NCBI GenBank assembly: GCA_977018835.1
Contig: OZ361257.1
Location: forward strand, 434,001-498,000
Source of the DNA: Minutocellus sp. GHC0000111
Taxonomy: Eukaryota
Reading direction: 5' to 3'
DNA length: 64,000 nt
Shown here: positions 48,240 through 57,719 of the stretch, piece by piece
How the letters are laid out: each line of letters starts with the position of its first letter
Numbering within the stretch: the first letter of the stretch is position 1
The notes under the pieces: generated by a model
What the model was told of the DNA's origin: nothing
Seen by the model: the letters and a program-made list of their open reading frames with translations, nothing else
The model's database searches: none
Made by a program: the position numbers and the translations under genes

Positions 48240-49322
48240 ATGGATGCGCTTTGTTTTTATCAAGAAGTGCTTTACCGCCAAGCGCGTTACTGTTTGGATT
48301 TTCAGAGGGCCTACGAGACCGAGCAGAAACGACTAGCCGACGAGGAACGCAGGAGAGAGAAGAGACGCAGAGAGACAAGGGAGAGGATGAGAAAGTTGCG
48401 CAAACGCAGGCATGAAGAAAAGCTGAACGCACTGAAATCAGATAGTAGTGCGCAGGCAGCAACCGCGGCGGATGAGTCACCAGCCGGAAGCTCGAAGAAA
48501 CAAACGGTATCTGACGATAGTCCTGTGGCCGCGCTGATTACGCCACACAAGCCACAGGAGGATGTCCCCGAAACCGAGCATGCCGAGAGCAATGGCGATA
48601 ATTACGATGACGATGGAGATGGCGACAATGACATGCACTGTTTTGATGAGAATGAGTGTGTTGATATCGAAGTAGAAGGCACAGATCAAAAACTCGCAGA
48701 TCAAAGTGACGAGGGCAATATTGTAGACGAAGGAGTTGTGAACTCAATAAAGCCTGCCGCATCTGCGGCATCTACACCACCAACCGCCAAAGCCTCGAAT
48801 GATCAGAGTTCCGAGCGTAAGGTCGGCTTGGTCCTCATCCCGCTCAAGAGCGCTGCCGATCAAATTGCAAGTTTTACCACCAGCACAAAGTACATGTACT
48901 GGCCGGCCCTCCTCTATTCGTCGTACGAGGCATTTGAGTCTACGTTTCCTCTCGACAAAAATACTCGACAGTTATATGCCACAGTTAGCCGCGAGAGGAT
49001 GCTCCACGAGACTCATGAGATTGCCCTGTGGGCACAGCATGGCATCGTCCCACCCGGTAGTCCCCAGCCAATTCGAGTGGCAATCCTTTTCGGAAATGAC
49101 ACTCCTCCCTGTGGGACGCGAAGCTATCCCGTTTATCCCAAGGACATAACAATTTTTCGTGGTGGTGTCCCTCAGATGCCCCAAGTAGCCTTTAAGCCGA
49201 ATGGATTTAAGGGAATTTCGGAGTATGCGAACAATTCCAAGTTCCAGGAAGCTGTTCAGTCGCCCAAAATGTACAAGGCCACCAAGGATACTAAGATGTT
49301 TGAGTCGATAGAATTGCGCTAA
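48240..49322 (+). CDS. Hypothetical protein (charged coiled-coil N-terminus, acidic linker, YWPA-containing C-terminal domain)
   Basis: 360-aa open ORF with protein-like composition; YWPALLY is weakly PWWP-like. Confidence 0.55.
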   Translation: MDALCFYQEVLYRQARYCLDFQRAYETEQKRLADEERRREKRRRETRERMRKLRKRRHEEKLNALKSDSSAQAATAADESPAGSSKKQTVSDDSPVAALITPHKPQEDVPETEHAESNGDNYDDDGDGDNDMHCFDENECVDIEVEGTDQKLADQSDEGNIVDEGVVNSIKPAASAASTPPTAKASNDQSSERKVGLVLIPLKSAADQIASFTTSTKYMYWPALLYSSYEAFESTFPLDKNTRQLYATVSRERMLHETHEIALWAQHGIVPPGSPQPIRVAILFGNDTPPCGTRSYPVYPKDITIFRGGVPQMPQVAFKPNGFKGISEYANNSKFQEAVQSPKMYKATKDTKMFESIELR

Positions 49323-50073
49323 AGAACATACATGTTGTATTAACTGAAAAAGGAAGGATCATATGATACATTAGGAAGATATCGCATGCACGATGCAGTA
49401 GGAAGATATCGCGTGGTTACATGCACTGGAAGTAAATACGTAATCGTCGATACTTGTGTATTAAGATTACAATGAGAGGAATCAAATGACTTGTGGCTAA
49501 TATGTATTTCTACGTTTTCTACAGCATGGCCTTTGTTTAATTCATGCACAATACTTTCTACTCGTTGTATTCTTTTTATTCTTTCGTCTTTCCCGACAAC
49601 GTATAAAGTAAGTTGATGCCGACGATCGTCGCCCTCGCTGATTCAGTGAGCTTACAAGGATGAGTTGAAACCCTTCTATTTCTGTTGCCGTTATTCGGCT
49701 CGATCGTTTTTTTGAAAATATGTATCTCTGGCTTGAAAGGGCGGCGTGCACTCAGCAGGTTGGCTGTTGCCCGGACCTTCAGGATCGTCTGTGATATTCA
49801 GCTATGTGTATCTCTTATCTTGCACATCACGTCTCTCAAGTAGCCCAATGTTTCACAGTGCAAACGCGCGATATTTCCATTTACTTGTCTTGTGCACTGT
49901 TGGTATTGCAATTTTTACGCAAATTGAGTTCTCGCGTCAAATCAAGAGGCTAGTGCGAACACGCGGGGCAGGCGCCTCCTCGGTTTCAGCAGCAGCCTCC
50001 GAATCTTCTAGGCACCATTATAGACCCCACAAACAAACTTATGATGATGCTTTTCTGTTGCTTGACAGTGTCT

Positions 50074-51090
50074 TCATAGTAGGCTGGAGTCGTCACCACC
50101 GCTGCCATCGTCGCCATCACCATCATCACTCTCCGGGAATCCCTGCCATTCCGTCTCTTCGTCACTGTCATACCCCACAAGCTTCCCCAACTTGATAATG
50201 TTGGACTTGAGCTGCGGTTTTCCTTGATCCTTGCCCAGCAGTGTTGCCTTGACGCGTACTGATACAATGTGCCGTTGACTCTGCATCGTGCCTTTATCGT
50301 TATTGTCATCGCCGGTTTTGATAGTTTGCTCGGTAATGACAGAGAAGGAGGATTGATACTTGCCGGGTCGTCGCGCCGCGATGCGTATTTGAATGTGATC
50401 GCGCACAATGTCAACATTTGTAGCAGTGGTATCGTCCACTTCATCCCCATCAGAGACAACCGATACAGCTTCCACCTCCAAGTCGGGATGTAGCGACTCT
50501 CCAATCTGAATTATATCATATTGCGCATTCTTTTCCCTGTCTGCATGTTCACCTCCTTCTTGCTCAGCATGTATCGGGACAGCTGTTTGGTATCGATAGC
50601 CGCATTTGAGCAGGCCAAGATTGATGGTGAGCGAATCGTATTGGATCTGTCCTTCTCCATTGCCAATCGATGCATCACTACGAGGATCCTTGGCCTTTGT
50701 TGATTTGGCTTCGTCATCTACAGCAAATCCGACATGACCTTTCTCATGCTTGCTTGCGGCCGAACGTGATATGCGTTCTTTTCCAGCGGCAATCGCACAT
50801 GGTGGTATGCCATCTCCAGCAAGCCCTTTACTACCGCCACCATCCCCAGATATCACAGCATCCTGCGCAACCCTCCGTCCCAATGCGTCAATGTACACGC
50901 CGTGCTCCTCAACGACGGTCACACGAGAGGTCGATGGTCGGTCAGCGAGGACAGACGGCGCGAACGACACGTGACCAGCAGGCCGAGGGCGACGAGATTT
51001 GCTCTTGTTGCCATTGGCAGCTGATGATGCCGGCTTGGACGATTCATCGAGGTTGTTTTCACCCACAGTATCTTCAGTTGGATGGTCCAT
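50074..51090 (-). CDS. ADISSP/C20orf27 (UPF0687)-like protein
   Basis: GHVGF, INLGLLKCGYRY, VKATLLGKDQGKPQLKSNI..LG..YDSDEETEWQGF resemble recalled C20orf27 motifs. Confidence 0.65.
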   Translation of the reverse strand: MDHPTEDTVGENNLDESSKPASSAANGNKSKSRRPRPAGHVSFAPSVLADRPSTSRVTVVEEHGVYIDALGRRVAQDAVISGDGGGSKGLAGDGIPPCAIAAGKERISRSAASKHEKGHVGFAVDDEAKSTKAKDPRSDASIGNGEGQIQYDSLTINLGLLKCGYRYQTAVPIHAEQEGGEHADREKNAQYDIIQIGESLHPDLEVEAVSVVSDGDEVDDTTATNVDIVRDHIQIRIAARRPGKYQSSFSVITEQTIKTGDDNNDKGTMQSQRHIVSVRVKATLLGKDQGKPQLKSNIIKLGKLVGYDSDEETEWQGFPESDDGDGDDGSGGDDSSLL

Positions 51091-51239
51091 AATGCGTTCG
51101 AGTAAAGATTGTGCGATCGAATAATAATTGGACTTGCCAGCCAAGGGTGCGGCCGTAGGAAACATGAGAAAGAACCAGCTGACGTGCTCGAAAAAATCGG
51201 GACCACTTACTTGTAGACCAGAGAGCGATGCAGAGACGC

Positions 51240-51309
51240 CCAGACGGCCCAGACCGACCAGACCGACCAGACCAACCTGACCAACCAGACCGACCAGACC
51301 GACCAGACG
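51240..51309. repeat. 9-bp tandem repeat (ccagaccga), about 8 copies, between divergent genes
   Basis: Directly visible. Confidence 0.9.
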
Positions 51310-51437
51310 GCCGGCCGATAATAGGAATTCCTAAACTCACTCAAAGCAAGCCCAGTGATAAGTTCATCGGCCCATTCCTTGTGTTCGTTTGATCCGAGAG
51401 ATGCGTATCTTGTTGATGCTGGCCTCATTCGCAGCAC

Positions 51438-52529
51438 ATGTCAGCGTGCTTGTCGTCTCGGCCGGCGCCACATCTGCTGCTGCCGGTGGTGCTTCTCACT
51501 GCCTCTCCACAGTCCATCCCCATCATCGACATATCTCCTCTGGTATCGCCAACTTCCACCCTCGTCGAACGACAATTGGTTGCCAATCAGATAAATCAGG
51601 CATGCACCGATATTGGTTTCTTTGCTATCGTCAACCATGGCATACCTCCACAAACCATTGACGTGCTGCTGCGATCCAGTCGGGAGTTTTTTGATATGTC
51701 AACCGAGGATAAGTTGGCAGCCAAGAGTACCGACGATAAGGAATATCCCTATGGATACGAGAGGAGTGAGGTGCTGAGCAAGGGGAAGAGCTTAGATGGT
51801 GCTGGTACAAATGGTGGTGAAGGAGAATGCAGCCCCGACCTGAAAGAAACCTTTTCGTTGGGTCCCAGGTTTTCAGCGGATGAGGGTCAATTGGCACGTC
51901 GATGGCCACCTCATCATCCCGCCAATTTTATATCTACACACGAGGAATACTATGCGGCCATGGAGGGCCTGGCTCATAGTCTCTTGCGTGGATTTGCCCT
52001 GGCTCTGGGGTTGGAGGAGGAATACTTTCGTCCGTACTTTGATCAGCATCAGTGTGCGTTGCGGACGCTGAATTATCCGCAGGGTGAGGGCAGCATGCTA
52101 CGCCCAGGACAGATCCGAGCGGGCGCACACACGGACTATGGCGCTTTGACGATTTTGAAGACAGGTGGGCCTGGTCTTCAAGTGAGGAAGGATATATTGA
52201 ATGAGGAAGAGGATAGATGGATTGACGCCCCTGACTTGCCCGACGCCTTCATTGTAAATGTCGGTGACATGATGCGCCGTTGGACGAACGATCGCTGGGC
52301 GTCAACGTTGCATCGAGTTGTGGTGCCGGAGGTGGAGAGTGTTGGCAGGCAAAAAAGTGCGGCGGAAAGGAGACAATCCGTCGCTTTCTTTGTCAACGCC
52401 CGTGGCGATGCAAGAGTTGAACCGTTGCCCACGTGCGTTAGCGTGGAGACTCCCGCCAAGTATGAACCTGTTACGGCGGGAGAGTACTTATTGAGGAAAC
52501 ACCTGGCCTCCATGGGAAGTGAGTTATAG
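51438..52529 (+). CDS. 2OG-Fe(II) oxygenase, isopenicillin-N-synthase-like family
   Basis: IPIIDISPL, ACTDIGFFAIVNHGI, DLKETF, GAHTDYGALTIL, VNVGDMMRRWTNDRWASTLHRV, RQSVAFF. Confidence 0.95.
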   Translation: MSACLSSRPAPHLLLPVVLLTASPQSIPIIDISPLVSPTSTLVERQLVANQINQACTDIGFFAIVNHGIPPQTIDVLLRSSREFFDMSTEDKLAAKSTDDKEYPYGYERSEVLSKGKSLDGAGTNGGEGECSPDLKETFSLGPRFSADEGQLARRWPPHHPANFISTHEEYYAAMEGLAHSLLRGFALALGLEEEYFRPYFDQHQCALRTLNYPQGEGSMLRPGQIRAGAHTDYGALTILKTGGPGLQVRKDILNEEEDRWIDAPDLPDAFIVNVGDMMRRWTNDRWASTLHRVVVPEVESVGRQKSAAERRQSVAFFVNARGDARVEPLPTCVSVETPAKYEPVTAGEYLLRKHLASMGSEL

Positions 52530-52748
52530 CAGTGTTGAGGGGTGGTGTTGATTGCAAACATGTATCCCCGTTCGATAGCATGACACTAGTCTATCCTACA
52601 ATATCTCGTGTTCGAAAAAAGTTTTCTACATACATGTAATATACTCTCGTTGCCATTTCTAGCTAGATCTAGGCCTACGCTGTTGTACAAATAAATGCAT
52701 GTAACACGAAGGAGGCAAAAGTGGCCGTCACTTTTGACATACATATTT

Positions 52749-53403
52749 TTATGCAGCTCGAGAGGATACCTCGTGCAACTTGGACTTGGTCGGTGGTCGC
52801 CTCTCCGACAGATCCATCATCTTGACTTCTTCAAACGATGGTCGACGCCGAGTCTGTTGTGTTTGGTAAGACTGAACTGTGACCTCACCAGATGCACCCG
52901 CAAATATTCTCTGAGGTTGCTCCGCTACTTGATGCGCATTGGGTGTAGGTCTACGGGCGATGGTCGGCGATAACGGACGCTTCTGTGTGTGGCTATAGTG
53001 TGTATTGTCCCAACTATCATTTCGACGATTTGTATTTCGATCGTCTTCGTTGTACGTCAGATGTCGACTTTTTCGTAGCCTCGGCGACGGGTTGCTATCA
53101 TACTGCTTCCTCGCCTCTTGTATCGGAGAAAATATTGGCACTGTAAACTCGGGAGACAAATGCGTTCGCCGTAGCTGTTACAGACGCTGCCATGACGGCA
53201 TCGATAGCCGCTGCCGCCTCTTGCTCTTGATCTTCGGCGGTAGTGGTCGTTGCAGCGGAATTGGATTGCCTGCTCAAGCGCTTTTGCAATCCACCGCCAC
53301 TCCTATCATGGGTCGAGTTGGACAGAATCAAGTCCAAGTCGCCACCCTGGGTCTTTTCGTTGGGCAGCAAAACATTTATCCTATCCATTTGTCGCAAATT
53401 CAT
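52749..53403 (-). CDS. Hypothetical protein, possibly split by a frameshift
   Basis: Overlapping ORFs 53098-53403 and 52749-53159; no recognised domain. Confidence 0.3.
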
Positions 53404-54793
53404 TCAATTTCCAGTCAGAAATGTTCAATTGTCAATTGTGGATTTATGCGGCTCTGGGTGGCCCTCCGGCAATATTGTGTGGGTTTGCTCAACCGCCAAT
53501 TCTTCGAAGAAGCACGTCGGCCGAGCAGATGGCAAAGTGTGCAGGCTGAAAACTGCGCAGTAGCGCGCAAAAGAAATGCGAGAAACGACAAAGTAACGAC
53601 AAGGCCCGCATACAATCATTGATGTGATAATGTCAGACTTTGTTCCATGTGCTGACGCCGGAGAACAGTTCGAATTCCAAAGACGTGACGTCGTTCAAGG
53701 CTTTTTATTCTCAATTCCGTCACATGCCCGGTGCGGTCTCGTTCTTCGAAGAGGCCTACAGGCCTAGAAAAGTTCCAATCTGGTCCACACGAAGGAAGGA
53801 GAACGAAGCAAGGAACAAATTTCAAGCAAAATTGTACCCACAAAGCAGAATTCATTGAATTGTTGCATTGCGATTGCATTGAATGTGTAGATGATAGACA
53901 GACCAAGCCCAATACAAACCCACATGTACTCTCGTTACCATGACATGAAACGCAAGGGGCAGAGGACGCACCGGGAAAAGGATAGCAGCAGCGGCGTCCG
54001 CGCGCCCAATAGTTTTCACAATAACTGTTAGGGTTAGGGCGTTGCGCTGACGACGATCAGCAGCCACCGAATCCACCTATTCCAAGCACCATCACCTGCC
54101 CTGCATCAACTCACGATGAGTCTCAGGATGATGCGATGTCCAAGCATCCAATGCAAAAGGCCACATTCAGTCTCTGCAGGCCTCGCTGCAAAGGCTGCAT
54201 GTTACCAAAAAACGGCGCCAACAAGTACACGTGGCTCCAATCGACGATGCTACCACCAAAGACAAAGACTGTAGTAAGCTGCAAATAAAACAAGAAGAAA
54301 CCATCGATTCAATAGAACTAATATTCGATGAAGACCCGATCGTGAATAAAATACTCTCTGATTTATACCACGACTTTTTGAACGAAGCAACGGCCAGCGG
54401 AGACCCCAACGCGCTGAGCAACGATGACAAAATGTTATTGGAATCGGCCTCTTCGGCAGCCTTTGACATGATTAATGAAGACGAGCTTGATAATATCATC
54501 AAATCCATGTAAATGCTTGACTGAAGCGTACAGATGTAGATGCAAATTTAGAAAATGATTGTACATAAAATACATATAAATAGCATAGCGTAAAGCAGCA
54601 TGCAGTTTTAGAAATCTTTCTACTACATATATGTAAATATACACCTGCTCTTTTCACACGTCATTTCTTGTCTGAACACCCATCTCCATGTATCAATTTG
54701 TACAAAATCTTTTGACTAATGCAAGCCACCGGTTGGTTTATTTGGTCGACGTGTCAACATGCATGACACCATGTCACGCCCAGATCTAGCTAG

Positions 54794-55195
54794 CTAGGCT
54801 GCACGGGTGGCAATAATTCTTCGCTTGCCGGACGGCACGTAGTAAGGATTCCTCGGTTCCCTTGGATAGTGCTCCACCATGCGTCTCTTCTTGGATAAGA
54901 TTGTTGGCGATGAGTAGGCGCTCTTGGAGGAGGACGATGACGACGATGATGCCGATGTATCGTCATCCCATTCCTCGTTGTGCTCTCCTGATATCTTGGG
55001 TACCTTGTCGTCGTTGTAGGTAACGATGTGATGAGATCGATGGAGGGTGTAGTCGTTCCACTCGAGGAAGTTGGCAATGGTTGCGTCCGCGGCCTGTGCC
55101 ATCAGGCCGTCGATCTTGGAGCGTACATTATCATCGGCCGATCGCCTACGAGCGATCTTTGGCTGCTGCTGATCGCTGGGTTGGTAGGATGCCAT
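54794..55195 (-). CDS. Hypothetical small protein
   Basis: ATG at 55195 (MASYQPS...), GC-rich coding-like sequence; no recognised domain. Confidence 0.45.
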   Translation of the reverse strand: MASYQPSDQQQPKIARRRSADDNVRSKIDGLMAQAADATIANFLEWNDYTLHRSHHIVTYNDDKVPKISGEHNEEWDDDTSASSSSSSSSKSAYSSPTILSKKRRMVEHYPREPRNPYYVPSGKRRIIATRAA

Positions 55196-55517
55196 GTTGG
55201 TTTGAGTTATTGAATGGACTGATCTGGCTGGTGATGGATATCTTTGACTTTGACTTGAGTTCTTCGTTGTTGTTCGTTTTATGGCAAGTTCTGCTACTGG
55301 CTGCACGACCCTTCATCGCGCGCGCAAATGCATACGAGGTCAGATTCGCGAGAAATCGAGCGCCCGGTTTTTGATGCTTTCGAGGGGATGATGGAAAAGC
55401 GCCTCGAAGAATAGTCATGCTGAAATATTTAAGAAAATGGCTATTTTTACTCTAATTTTGATTTATCTTCATGTGAAACAATAATTCGGATAAGACTTTA
55501 GATTTCAGCGGCTCTAA

Positions 55518-55922
55518 TCAAATGGACGCGTTCGTGCGACGCGACGGTTCGGCCTCCATCTCGTCTTCATCTTGAACGATGGCATGATACTCGCCTCGGA
55601 TCGGCAGTACGATGCATTCGTCCCGGATCTCGCACCACAGCCAATCCGGGATGAGCTTGAGCTTCTTTAGCTCCCGCTTCACGCCGTTGAACTTGTAGAT
55701 GAAGGTAACTGAGGAGTGGAACATCTCCGCGGCCTTGTCGTACACCGATTCAGTTATTGCCACGACATCATCCATGTCGAGGGGCATGTTCTCAGCCCTT
55801 ATCGCCCGGCAGACGAGTCGACTGACAACATTGAGGAGCATGTGCTTCTCAAAATCCTCGGGCCCGTCAATCTTGAGAGTTTTCTCCTGGTCAATGATGA
55901 TGGCCAAGACAGCGGTGAGCAT
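55518..55922 (-). CDS. Passenger ORF (134 aa) inside the transposon, antisense to the transposase
   Basis: ATG-initiated open ORF with globular-like composition lying between left TIR and transposase. Confidence 0.5.
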   Translation of the reverse strand: MLTAVLAIIIDQEKTLKIDGPEDFEKHMLLNVVSRLVCRAIRAENMPLDMDDVVAITESVYDKAAEMFHSSVTFIYKFNGVKRELKKLKLIPDWLWCEIRDECIVLPIRGEYHAIVQDEDEMEAEPSRRTNASI

Positions 55923-55924
55923 GT

Positions 55925-57442
55925 GTGTTCAATCCATTTGTGTCTCGGGCGGAAGTCGAAGCTGAGCATTTCGATGACGCGATCGGCATACTTGGACCGG
56001 TATACTGCTTCCCAACGAGTGCCGATGATTCATCTGATTCGGCCGCCTTCCGTTCTGTCATCGACGATCTTGCAACGGCGACCCGGCGGTGTGCTGCACC
56101 ATGTCTCTTTGCAATTGCCAAGTGCAGGGAGCAGGCAAAGGTGGACTATTCGGTGCTGTCCAGCGCAGAGCATGGTGCACGATTTTCGGGATGGATGAAG
56201 GCGTATGGTGCTCTACCTGCATCTGAGAAGGCGATGTGGGAGATGAAGAGGAGATCTCATCTGGCTATGCAGCCATACATTCGAGATGTTATTGTTGATG
56301 CTCTGATACGAAATCCTCGGGAATCTTGGCGGGAGCTGGAGGTTGATGTCAACTTTTGGTGTTCCTACTCGGCAATACGGCGGTGGATAATGTCGCGGGA
56401 AGGGTTCCGGTACTATGCCGAAAGGATCATCCCTCTCCTTACTACCCATCAGATGGAGAAACATTTGGTATTTGCGCGGAAATTCCGAAACAATTGGGGG
56501 CTCGGCGGTGGCAAGTTTCTCCTTATTATGTTCGATGAGAAGTGGTTTTGGGGCTTGGTTCTTCGATCGTATGCCAAGCAAGTTGCAGAATTGGGCATTG
56601 ATCCTCGGTCCTTCTCCGCATATCACCGAAATCACATCAACAAGTGCATGGTGGTGGCTGTCACTGCCTTGGCTTTTATTGACAGCATTGAGAATGGCTG
56701 CATTGCGTTCAAGCTTGGTTTTTTTCGGGCTCAGGCGCATAAAATTGCGAGGCAGATGGTAAGGGAGGCGGTGCGGCAGGCAGATGGTAGAATCAAATAT
56801 TGCGGCCCGGTGGTTCGGAAGAAAGACGATCTATACCTTGTGGATTGCGCGGTGACTGGATGCAGCCATGGCACCCTTGATAATCCCAAGTTCCCACTGA
56901 AAGCTTTATTTGAGAACAAGATGTTTCTGGATGTTGAGGCTTTGGTCGGACCTGGCGGAAAGTTTGAAGGCTATGTCCCTTTTTTTCAGGGCGACAATGC
57001 TGGGCCCCATGCTGAGACTGAATTTGTGGAATATGTGGAAGGATGCTGTCGGGACAAGGGATGGCGTTGGGAACCTCAGGCCCCGCAAATGCCCCATATG
57101 AATGTTCTTGATCTGTCTGTTTTCCCTTGCATGTCAAAGCGGCATACAATGTTGAGCCGCGATCGGGAGGGGCTGAAGGTTTTGACAGAAGATCAGACTT
57201 GGGATGCAGCGGAGGAAGTTTGGATGGGGCTGGAAAACTGGAAGATCGCATCGGCATACATCCAGGCTCATAGAATTGCAAAGAAGGTAATCGTTGCAAA
57301 AGGCAACAATGATTTTCTTGGAAACGGTGAAGGCATTCATGTTGGGGTGCGAAAGGATTTCAGGCCGACTGAAAATGGCATGGTTCGGATAGATGGGAAA
57401 ATTATCGCTCCTCCTCCTGCTGATCCAACCATGGATAATTAG
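55925..57442 (+). CDS. Mariner-like DD38D transposase (first in-frame ATG 56195)
   Basis: MFDEKWF, FQGDNAGPH, QAPQMPHMNVLDLSVF; 38 residues between 2nd and 3rd Asp by manual count. Confidence 0.9.
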   Translation: MFNPFVSRAEVEAEHFDDAIGILGPVYCFPTSADDSSDSAAFRSVIDDLATATRRCAAPCLFAIAKCREQAKVDYSVLSSAEHGARFSGWMKAYGALPASEKAMWEMKRRSHLAMQPYIRDVIVDALIRNPRESWRELEVDVNFWCSYSAIRRWIMSREGFRYYAERIIPLLTTHQMEKHLVFARKFRNNWGLGGGKFLLIMFDEKWFWGLVLRSYAKQVAELGIDPRSFSAYHRNHINKCMVVAVTALAFIDSIENGCIAFKLGFFRAQAHKIARQMVREAVRQADGRIKYCGPVVRKKDDLYLVDCAVTGCSHGTLDNPKFPLKALFENKMFLDVEALVGPGGKFEGYVPFFQGDNAGPHAETEFVEYVEGCCRDKGWRWEPQAPQMPHMNVLDLSVFPCMSKRHTMLSRDREGLKVLTEDQTWDAAEEVWMGLENWKIASAYIQAHRIAKKVIVAKGNNDFLGNGEGIHVGVRKDFRPTENGMVRIDGKIIAPPPADPTMDN

Positions 57443-57719
57443 TCCTGCGGTGCTTTTAAGTTATGTTATGTTTAAAATAATTCTAGATTATTTAGATTCG
57501 AGCTATATTTGTGCTACTACACACACATGCCGTACATGCATGTGTAGTGCTCTCTTGTCAGTTTTGATGGTTCCGGCTTTACATGCATGTGTCCGTGTCC
57601 GGGTTGCGGGCCCAAAAATCGACATTTTTTGGTCCCGGCCCTGCGCTCGATTTCTCGCGAAACGGACTTCGTAGTCATACATGTAGTGCGGATCGTGTCA
57701 AGCTCTCATTGAAGGCCTT

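Larger units (their letters stand above)
55335..57671 (+). mobile_element. Complete Tc1/mariner-superfamily DNA transposon, 2337 bp, 29-bp TIRs, TA target-site duplication
   Basis: Left TIR 55335-55363 cgaggtcagattcgcgagaaatcgagcgc vs reverse complement of 57643-57671 cgaagtccgtttcgcgagaaatcgagcgc (26/29); TA at 55333-55334 and 57672-57673. Confidence 0.92.
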
